Below are positions 23,969 through 34,100 of a DNA stretch of 64,000 bases, one piece after another. The notes beneath the pieces were generated by a model that did not search any database, had not been told where the DNA came from, and worked only from the letters and a program-made list of their open reading frames with translations. The stretch covers positions 62,001 to 126,000 of the forward strand of contig JBECUI020000029.1 of assembly GCA_040954595.2 (NCBI GenBank). Reading direction: 5' to 3'. Numbering within the stretch: the first letter of the stretch is position 1; each line of letters begins with the position of its first letter. This DNA is from Balanoglossus misakiensis. Lineage: Eukaryota; Animalia; Hemichordata. Position numbers and translations under genes: made by a program.

Positions 23969-25306
23969 ATGGCTAGCTGGCGCAGGAAGAGACAAGGCAA
24001 TGTGCGGTCTGTAATCAACGAACGGCACCGCTCAGTTCAGTGTCCCTTTCTTCAAAAGTGGATCGGTGAGCAATTGGTATTTTCAGGTCGTTCAGAGGAT
24101 GAAGTCCAGTCCAGTACTGTATTTGAGAGCTACAAATGTTGGGTTGAAAACTATTCGTCGGCGGACAATCAAGTAATGATTATGGTTACTAAAGCTCGAT
24201 TTTTCAAGGTGAGAATGATCGCATTTTTCTTTCCCCCCCCCCCCCTCCCTCCCTCCCTCCCCCAAGGGACTCGTTTTCTGTCTCTTTTAAACCTGTAACT
24301 TAACGAAAAGGAAGTTTTTCACATATCTCTTCGTTGACACTATAGCAATTTGGAGCGCGGATGCTTCAAGAGAAGAGCGTTACCAAATCAAAGTCGGCCG
24401 GGGTTAATATTTATAGAGGTGTTCGTCTGAAAGCTGGTTCGCGAAGAATCTCAACGGGGAAACCTGAGCACAGTGTACTTCAGACCAGGGCAAGGGCATT
24501 TCTTGATGACGCCAGCGTGACCGTTCCGATCGAGGTAAGAATGGTGTTTTGTTTGGACTAGGACAATAGAACGTTGCAATGAGTGTGTCAATGGGTGTCC
24601 AAGTGCAAACGTGGTCTGCTTCTGTCCACAAATGCCATTAATTTTTGGCAGGATTTATAAAATTGTCAATGAAGAATACAAAAATGAAAAACAACAGTTA
24701 ATAGCAAACTGGTAGGATTGCAAGGGCTTGTAAAACGGTACACACTGTACCAGGAAGTTTGCAACACTAATGAAGAATGTATATGATATATTTAGGTGAG
24801 AACTGTTCGCGATCGCCGGGACGCAGGACGGTGCGCGTTTTCGACGAGGGATATTCAAGCCTGGGACGTCGTCTGCGAATACCGGGGCACGGTTATTAGC
24901 GTTGAAGAAGCTAGTCGGCGTGATGAGCTTTACAGGGCAGAGGGGAAACGACCACGCATGTTCCATCTCTACATTGGAAAGAGACACGTTGTGTGAGTGT
25001 ATCACTTAGTCGAATATATGGTCATATATTGCAAAGCATCTGTCGAAATAGAAAACGTAATATTGTCTATATTTTCCTCATTAACGCAGCATTGACGGAT
25101 ACGATGTCCCAGCCGGTGAAGAAAATTTAGCAGGCCTAATAAATCACAGTCAGCAGAACGCCAACTTGGTACCGGTTCGGATCGGAGAGCGCCTGGTTTT
25201 CTTTGCAACCAGGAATCTTTGTCAGGGAGTAGAGCTTTTGTATGATTACGGTGACGGGGGTGAAGAGGATTTCTTCAGTGGTTCTCAAACTTTTCCTGAA
25301 AATTAA
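23969..25306 (+). CDS. Winged-helix plus SET-domain lysine methyltransferase (SETD8/PR-Set7-like), 280 aa; exons 23969-24208, 24346-24534, 24796-24992, 25090-25306
   Basis: Three GT-AG introns (gtgaga/tatag, gtaaga/tttag, gtgagt/cgcag) join in frame to give 843 nt. SET motifs are AGRCAFSTRDI, VCEYRGTVI, IDG, LINHS and ELLYDYGD. The N-terminus VFESYKCWVEN..KARFFKQFG..IYRGVRLK resembles the winged helix of RFX factors and D5/P4 primase C-termini. Confidence 0.88.
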
Positions 25307-26209
25307 GGCATTAACACATCAACGCTTCGGGGTGTCGTAACGGCGGCGCGGCGGGGGGGGGGGGGACGTGAAAATGTTTGTATCAGGAACAAAATTCCCG
25401 TGCAAATCACCTTGATCCGGGTGGGTGGACTATTCGCGACAAATGTTGAAATCATACAAAGCATTTTACTTAATTAACCCATTTTTTTCATTTATTTGTT
25501 TACAGTTTACAACGTCATAGAGAAGTTGAACTAGAGACTGGATCAGCGTGGGTGACACCATAGTACACCAATGTTTTCTTCAGTTTGATTCAATTGTAAT
25601 TTAAAACTGAGATTGCCTAACGCTTTCCCAGATTTTTTTAACCACTGAGAAACTGTGGGTTTTTTTCTGGGTTTTGGTGCGAGGTGATCTCAGTCAGTGG
25701 TGTTAATTTAATTAATCATTTTCTTTTCCTATTTACGTCGACTGAAATGTATTTTGATAGGTGATAGTCATACCATAAAAAAAATCTTACGGCGCGACTG
25801 CCAAAATGTACATTTATTTGTCCGTTCCAAGTTATTTTGTGTATGTGTGATGGGTGCCGGTGACTGTGCAGGGTTGATTTCCCTAGAGCGACTGTTATAT
25901 TCGTTTTCCAACGATGATGAATTTACATGTTATTTGCTTGGCATTTTGACGCAGAGACACTTCTGAAAACACAAACCTATTAATTATGCCACGGGTGTAA
26001 ATTGATCACATTAAAAGAGGCTTTAGACGTTTGCCGCGAGCTCCTGGTGGGCAGAATCTTGTCAGCCCAAATTTGACTATAAGTACATAGCCAATGATGT
26101 GACGCTCTCCCACATCCTTCGCCGCGCCTTTTCGCTGATTTACAGCATCTTGCGTAAACACTGTCATTTGATCTTGCTTGGCAGAAGTCAACTTGCTCTA
26201 TACTACATT

Positions 26210-26575
26210 ATGGCGGCCAAGCTCAACTGCATATCAGATAATGCCAAGGAGCGTTTGAGAGGCATCCTCGCCAGAAGGAGTCGCGTTTCCGGTGACTGTG
26301 TGCTCTGGACGGGTGCAGCTTGTCGAAACGGCTATGGCTCTATTACGTTCAGAGATGAGAACACTCTAACCGCCTATGTCCATCACATTGCACTCCTAAT
26401 TAACGGAGTGCAATTGGTGGGCAGGCGGTTAGAGTGTTCTCATCTTTGCAACGAAAAGCTATGCATCCGCCCAGAGCACATTGTCCAGGAAACGCGACTC
26501 CTAAACATTTCACGAAAGACGTGCTTTAAATCCCCAAAAGGGGAGTGTCACCACGATCCCAGGTGCCTAAGGTGA
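26210..26575 (+). CDS. His-Cys box (I-PpoI-like, His-Me finger) endonuclease, 121 aa
   Basis: Motifs CVLWTG..NGYG, YVHH, CSHLCNEKLCIRPEHIVQE..N..RKTC..CHHDPRC match the zinc-binding-loop homing endonuclease pattern. The first ATG is at 26210 (the ORF-track start at 26099 is GTG). Confidence 0.88.
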   Translation: MAAKLNCISDNAKERLRGILARRSRVSGDCVLWTGAACRNGYGSITFRDENTLTAYVHHIALLINGVQLVGRRLECSHLCNEKLCIRPEHIVQETRLLNISRKTCFKSPKGECHHDPRCLR

Positions 26576-26845
26576 GTAATCCTCTTCTCATTTGATATGT
26601 ATTGTGTGACCCTGCAGTTGAAACGCTTTCATCAATAATTTGCGGCGCGTGGGTAATCTCGGTGTTATTGACAATGCAGCCGGCCCAAACATTTTTAAAT
26701 TAACACTGTTTCTGACTGTATTAACGAAATGTCCAATTTGCAAGTAGCCTATAGACAACCCTTTTGAATGAGTTTTGTCTCGTTGAGATTTTATACATAA
26801 GGAACAATCTAGATTTATTTTAGAAGACACTGTTCTTTTAAAACA

Positions 26846-27237
26846 GCTAGCATAATACAGCTAAATTTCGGAATTTCCGGACAATTTTCGGAATTCCTTT
26901 TAAATTTGAGAAATTTTTCATCAGATATAAGTGTTACTATTTATTGGACATGTTTTTATCATTGTTTACTTTTTAAGGTCATTCTCACCCCCCCCCCCCC
27001 AAAAAAAGCCGCTTTAGGCTTCATGTTCAGTAAAAAATCTGGAAAGTTCAGCTGAATTTTACACTGATCACACATTTTTGGGAAGGTCTGGCGCAAAATA
27101 AAGGATGACAAATGTAAATCTAATGTCACATTTGTAAACCTCTAAGTATTGTACACTCATTCTATTAAGTATATGCAAATAGTACGGATAATTTTTTCGG
27201 AATGTGGAATTCCGAAATTAGTTCGGAACGTGTTAGC
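26846..27237. mobile_element. Possible decayed non-autonomous DNA element with imperfect inverted ends
   Basis: ctaaatttcggaatt (26861) is inverted relative to aattccgaaattag (27208), and TTCGGAA-like motifs cluster at both ends. No TSD was identified. Confidence 0.3.
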
Positions 27238-27483
27238 AGTGAAGAGATCACCACTGAGGGTTGGAAGGCCTTGCCAGAAATTAACGCGTAAAGTACGCCC
27301 TCACAGGCCATGTAAACAAGGTCAAATAAGGCCGTCTGGCAAACGAATGATTAATTCAACGCGCCATTTGAGCCGAGCTGAGTTGGTCTGAGTTGCGTAT
27401 CACACAGACTTAGGCTGAATGTCAGTGGAGTAACCAGTCCGTTTTAGATTTACCAATGATGTGAATTTAATTTCTTCACCCAG

Positions 27484-27890
27484 AAAAACAGAACACAACT
27501 TGTCTGCAACATGATGCTGGAGGTGACACATGACAGAGAAGTGGATCCGCGTTGTCAACACAGATGCCAGCATTCAAAAGGGGAGTGCCACCTGCTAAAA
27601 TCAACTCATCTGCTGTTGGCCCATTTTACCTGTGGCAACTGTTCAGAGGAGACAACGTTTATTCCGTGCAAGCCAACACGCAATGTTGGGGTCTACCTGT
27701 CAACACAGATGCAAGCATTCATGTGAGTGAGTATCAGGACTGACCTTGTATTTGCTGAATAATTCATAATGCCTATTTTAGAATTCTTAGAGGCATTTGG
27801 AGTTCATTGCCTGGTCAACCAAACTACACCCCTTAACAGCTGAAACAAAATGCGTATTGTGTTCATTCATTCATTGCATCAATATATATA
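27484..27890 (+). repeat. Diverged progenitor-like copies of the array monomer (two hairpins plus the intron-like part)
   Basis: Segments colinear with the monomer: cacagatgccagcattca, aactcatctgctgttggcc, gtgagtgagt, tgcctattttagaattctta and ttcattcattcattgcatcaatatat. Confidence 0.85.
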
Positions 27891-28151
27891 GGCAACATGA
27901 GTATCAAGTAGCACTATTTGTTTACGATTGTATTCATGAAAACTTCCCACTAACAATTCCACAGTTAATATTGAACACATTTATCCAACAAGGTCAAAAG
28001 AAAAAGGGAATCTTCTGGTTCCAAAATACGCCACAAATGTGGGTCAACATACAGTGAAATATTATGGTGCTCAAATATGCAACATATCAAATCTGTCTCA
28101 TCAAAGTCATGCTTTAAAAAAGAATTGAAAAGGTATTATTTATCCATTTGA
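27875..28151 (+). pseudogene. Decayed 3' end of a non-LTR retrotransposon ORF2 (CR1/L2/Crack-like)
   Basis: The frameshifted translation YQVALFVYDCIHENFP / HIYPTRSKEKGNLLVPKYATNVGQHTVKYYGAQICN / IKSVSSKSCFKKELKRYYL* matches the typical HxYxTR..LxVP..TxxG..YxG..WN..FKxxLK C-terminus of these LINEs. Confidence 0.75.
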
Positions 28152-28194
28152 CTGCTGTATTTTCAGAAGGAAAACAAACTGAATTTGGTTTTTC

Positions 28195-31100
28195 AAGTAC
28201 CTTATATTTTCTGTAAAATAGACATTTAATTGGCAAGCCGTCCTGCATCAATTATTAATTGTGTACATGCACTAAAGCGCCCTCACTGCTGGGTGTGTTG
28301 TATGGTCTTTAACCCTGTTTCAAATTAGAGTACTTTCTGCAATTTCAAGACAGATCTTACGTGCCATTGGAGAGCTCCATTGACTGGTCATTCATACTGT
28401 TTTCATTCATTCATTGCGGCATCAATATATTTTATCTATTCTAGCCAAAGAGCTTGGCACCTGTTGAAATGAACTCATCTGCTGTGGGCCAGTTTATTGG
28501 TGGCAGTTGAGCTGAGGAGAGCACCTTCCTTCCCGGCACGCCACCAAGTAAAGTTCCACGCCGCCCACCACAGATGCCAGCATTCATTCATGCGAGTGAG
28601 TGTAATTGCAAATTTGCCTATTCTAGATCTGTAATGGAAATGGAGAAAGTACCTTATATTTTCTGTAAAATAGACATTTAATTGGCAAGCCGTCCTGCAT
28701 CAATTATTAATTGTGTACATGCACTAAAGCGCCCTCACTGCTGGGTGTGTTGTATGGTCTTTAACCCTGTTTCAAATTAGAGTACTTTCTGCAATTTCAA
28801 GACAGATCTTACGTGCCATTGGAGAGCTCCATTGACTGGTCATTCATACTGTTTTCATTCATTCATTGCGGCATCAATATATTTTATCTATTCTAGCCAA
28901 AGAGCTTGGCACCTGTTGAAATGAACTCATCTGCTGTGGGCCAGTTTATTGGTGGCAGTTGAGCTGAGGAGAGCACCTTCCTTCCCGGCACGCCACCAAG
29001 TAAAGTTCCACGCCGCCCACCACAGATGCCAGCATTCATTCATGCGAGTGAGTGTAATTGCAAATTTGCCTATTCTAGATCTGTAATGGAAATGGAGAAA
29101 GTACCTTATATTTTCTGTAAAATAGACATTTAATTGGCAAGCCGTCCTGCATCAATTATTAATTGTGTACATGCACTAAAGCGCCCTCACTGCTGGGTGT
29201 GTTGTATGGTCTTTAACCCTGTTTCAAATTAGAGTACTTTCTGCAATTTCAAGACAGATCTTACGTGCCATTGGAGAGCTCCATTGACTGGTCATTCATA
29301 CTGTTTTCATTCATTCATTGCGGCATCAATATATTTTATCTATTCTAGCCAAAGAGCTTGGCACCTGTTGAAATGAACTCATCTGCTGTGGGCCAGTTTA
29401 TTGGTGGCAGTTGAGCTGAGGAGAGCACCTTCCTTCCCGGCACGCCACCAAGTAAAGTTCCACGCCGCCCACCACAGATGCCAGCATTCATTCATGCGAG
29501 TGAGTGTAATTGCAAATTTGCCTATTCTAGATCTGTAATGGAAATGGAGAAAGTACCTTATATTTTCTGTAAAATAGACATTTAATTGGCAAGCCGTCCT
29601 GCATCAATTATTAATTGTGTACATGCACTAAAGCGCCCTCACTGCTGGGTGTGTTGTATGGTCTTTAACCCTGTTTCAAATTAGAGTACTTTCTGCAATT
29701 TCAAGACAGATCTTACGTGCCATTGGAGAGCTCCATTGACTGGTCATTCATACTGTTTTCATTCATTCATTGCGGCATCAATATATTTTATCTATTCTAG
29801 CCAAAGAGCTTGGCACCTGTTGAAATGAACTCATCTGCTGTGGGCCAGTTTATTGGTGGCAGTTGAGCTGAGGAGAGCACCTTCTTTCCCGGCACGCCAC
29901 CAAGTAAAGTTCCACGCCGCCCACCACAGATGCCAGCATTCATTCATGCGAGTGAGTGTAATTGCAAATTTGCCTATTCTAGATCTGTAATGGAAATGGA
30001 GAAAGTACCTTATATTTTCTGTAAAATAGACATTTAATTGGCAAGCCGTCCTGCATCAATTATTAATTGTGTACATGCACTAAAGCGCCCTCACTGCTGG
30101 GTGTGTTGTATGGTCTTTAACCCTGTTTCAAATTAGAGTACTTTCTGCAATTTCAAGACAGATCTTACGTGCCATTGGAGAGCTCCATTGACTGGTCATT
30201 CATACTGTTTTCATTCATTCATTGCGGCATCAATATATTTTATCTATTCTAGCCAAAGAGCTTGGCACCTGTTGAAATGAACTCATCTGCTGTGGGCCAG
30301 TTTATTGGTGGCAGTTGAGCTGAGGAGAGCACCTTCCTTCCCGGCACGCCACCAAGTAAAGTTCCACGCCGCCCACCACAGATGCCAGCATTCATTCATG
30401 CGAGTGAGTGTAATTGCAAATTTGCCTATTCTAGATCTGTAATGGAAATGGAGAAAGTACCTTATATTTTCTGTAAAATAGACATTTAATTGGCAAGCCG
30501 TCCTGCATCAATTATTAATTGTGTACATGCACTAAAGCGCCCTCACTGCTGGGTGTGTTGTATGGTCTTTAACCCTGTTTCAAATTAGAGTACTTTCTGC
30601 AATTTCAAGACAGATCTTACGTGCCATTGGAGAGCTCCATTGACTGGTCATTCATACTGTTTTCATTCATTCATTGCGGCATCAATATATTTTATCTATT
30701 CTAGCCAAAGAGCTTGGCACCTGTTGAAATGAACTCATCTGCTGTGGGCCAGTTTATTGGTGGCAGTTGAGCTGAGGAGAGCACCTTCCTTCCCGGCACG
30801 CCACCAAGTAAAGTTCCACGCCGCCCACCACAGATGCCAGCATTCATTCATGCGAGTGAGTGTAATTGCAAATTTGCCTATTCTAGAATTCTTACGTGCC
30901 ATTGGAGAGCTCCATTGACTGGTCATTCATACTGTTTTCATTCATTCATTGCGGCATCAATATATTTTATCTATTCTAGCCAAAGAGCTTGGCACCTGTT
31001 GAAATGAACTCATCTGCTGTGGGCCAGTTTATTGGTGGCAGTTGAGCTGAGGAGAGCACCTTCCTTCCCGGCACGCCACCAAGTAAAGTTCCACGCCGCC

Positions 31101-34100
31101 CACCACAGATGCCAGCATTCATTCATGCGAGTGAGTGTAATTGCAAATTTGCCTATTCTAGATCTGTAATGGAAATGGAGAAAGTACCTTATATTTTCTG
31201 TAAAATAGACATTTAATTGGCAAGCCGTCCTGCATCAATTATTAATTGTGTACATGCACTAAAGCGCCCTCACTGCTGGGTGTGTTGTATGGTCTTTAAC
31301 CCTGTTTCAAATTAGAGTACTTTCTGCAATTTCAAGACAGATCTTACGTGCCATTGGAGAGCTCCATTGACTGGTCATTCATACTGTTTTCATTCATTCA
31401 TTGCGGCATCAATATATTTTATCTATTCTAGCCAAAGAGCTTGGCACCTGTTGAAATGAACTCATCTGCTGTGGGCCAGTTTATTGGTGGCAGTTGAGCT
31501 GAGGAGAGCACCTTCTTTCCCGGCACGCCACCAAGTAAAGTTCCACGCCGCCCACCACAGATGCCAGCATTCATTCATGCGAGTGAGTGTAATTGCAAAT
31601 TTGCCTATTCTAGAATCTTACGTGCCATTGGAGAGCTCCATTGACTGGTCATTCATACTGTTTTCATTCATTCATTGCGGCATCAATATATTTTATCTAT
31701 TCTAGCCAAAGAGCTTGGCACCTGTTGAAATGAACTCATCTGCTGTGGGCCAGTTTATTGGTGGCAGTTGAGCTGAGGAGAGCACCTTCTTTCCCGGCAC
31801 GCCACCAAGTAAAGTTCCACGCCGCCCACCACAGATGCCAGCATTCATTCATGCGAGTGAGTGTAATTGCAAATTTGCCTATTTACGTGCCATTGGAGAG
31901 CTCCATTGACTGGTCATTCATACTGTTTTCATTCATTCATTGCGGCATCAATATATTTTATCTATTCTAGCCAAAGAGCTTGGCACCTGTTGAAATGAAC
32001 TCATCTGCTGTGGGCCAGTTTATTGGTGGCAGTTGAGCTGAGGAGAGCACCTTCCTTCCCGGCACGCCACCAAGTAAAGTTCCACGCCGCCCACCACAGA
32101 TGCCAGCATTCATTCATGCGAGTGAGTGTAATTGCAAATTTGCCTATTCTAGATCTGTAATGGAAATGGAGAAAGTACCTTATATTTTCTGTAAAATAGA
32201 CATTTAATTGGCAAGCCGTCCTGCATCAATTATTAATTGTGTACATGCACTAAAGCGCCCTCACTGCTGGGTGTGTTGTATGGTCTTTAACCCTGTTTCA
32301 AATTAGAGTACTTTCTGCAATTTCAAGACAGATCTTACGTGCCATTGGAGAGCTCCATTGACTGGTCATTCATACTGTTTTCATTCATTCATTGCGGCAT
32401 CAATATATTTTATCTATTCTAGCCAAAGAGCTTGGCACCTGTTGAAATGAACTCATCTGCTGTGGGCCAGTTTATTGGTGGCAGTTGAGCTGAGGAGAGC
32501 ACCTTCTTTCCCGGCACGCCACCAAGTAAAGTTCCACGCCGCCCACCACAGATGCCAGCATTCATTCATGCGAGTGAGTGTAATTGCAAATTTGCCTATT
32601 CTAGAATCTTACGTGCCATTGGAGAGCTCCATTGACTGGTCATTCATACTGTTTTCATTTATTCATTGCGGCATCAATATATTTTATCTATTCTAGCCAA
32701 AGAGCTTGGCACCTGTTGAAATGAACTCATCTGCTGTGGGCCAGTTTATTGGTGGCAGTTGAGCTGAGGAGAGCACCTTCTTTCCCGGCACGCCACCAAG
32801 TAAAGTTCCACGCCGCCCACCACAGATGCCAGCATTCATTCATGCGAGTGAGTGTAATTGCAAATTTGCCTATTCTAGAATCTTACGTGCCATTGGAGAG
32901 CTCCATTGACTGGTCATTCATACTGTTTTCATTCATTCATTGCAGCATCAATATATTTTATCTATTCTAGCCAAAGAGCTTGGCACCTGTTGAAATGAAC
33001 TCATCTGCTGTGGGCCAGTTTATTGGTGGCAGTTGAGCTGAGGAGAGCACCTTCCTTCCCGGCACGCCACCAAGTAAAGTTCCACGCCGCCCACCACAGA
33101 TGCCAGCATTCATTCATGCGAGTGAGTGTAATTGCAAATTTGCCTATTCTAGAATCTTACGTGCCATTGGAGAGCTCCATTGACTGGTCATTCATACTGT
33201 TTTCATTCATTCATTGCGGCATCAATATATTTTATCTATTCTAGCCAAAGAGCTTGGCACCTGTTGAAATGAACTCATCTGCTGTGGGCCAGTTTATTGG
33301 TGGCAGTTGAGCTGAGGAGAGCACCTTCCTTCCCGGCACGCCACCAAGTAAAGTTCCACGCCGCCCACCACAGATGCCAGCATTCATTCATGCGAGTGAG
33401 TGTAATTGCAAATTTGCCTATTCTAGAATCTTACGTGCCATTGGAGAGCTCCATTGACTGGTCATTCATACTGTTTTCATTCATTCATTGCGGCATCAAT
33501 ATATTTTATCTATTCTAGCCGAAGAGCTTGGCACCTGTTGAAATGAACTCATCTGCTGTGGGCCAGTTTATTGGTGGCAGTTGAGCTGAGGAGAGCACCT
33601 TCCTTCCCGGCACGCCACCAAGTAAAGTTCCACGCCGCCCACCACAGATGCCAGCATTCATTCATGCGAGTGAGTGTAATTGCAAATTTGCCTATTCTAG
33701 ATCTGTAATGGAAATGGAGAAAGTACCTTATATTTTCTGTAAAATAGACATTTAATTGGCAAGCCGTCCTGCATCAATTATTAATTGTGTACATGCACTA
33801 AAGCGCCCTCACTGCTGGGTGTGTTGTATGGTCTTTAACCCTGTTTCAAATTAGAGTACTTTCTGCAATTTCAAGACAGATCTTACGTGCCATTGGAGAG
33901 CTCCATTGACTGGTCATTCATACTGTTTTCATTCATTCATTGCGGCATCAATATATTTTATCTATTCTAGCCAAAGAGCTTGGCACCTGTTGAAATGAAC
34001 TCATCTGCTGTGGGCCAGTTTATTGGTGGCAGTTGAGCTGAGGAGAGCACCTTCCTTCCCGGCACGCCACCAAGTAAAGTTCCACGCCGCCCACCACAGA

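Larger units (their letters stand above)
20043..28194. mobile_element. Gene cassette copy 1 (~8.15 kb): split DDD transposase, winged-helix-SET gene and His-Cys box endonuclease; putative composite selfish/mobile element core
   Basis: Non-array sequence starts after ...gtaaagttccacg and the array resumes at aagtacc (28195). A near-identical copy lies 32,855-32,861 bp downstream. No TIR or TSD is visible at the junctions. Confidence 0.75.

Noticed and set aside
20772-25208. Short overlapping or antisense ORFs (e.g. 22807-23163, 23225-23545, 24655-25005, 25002-25208)
   Set aside because: They are shadows of the transposase and SET exons and carry no motifs of their own.
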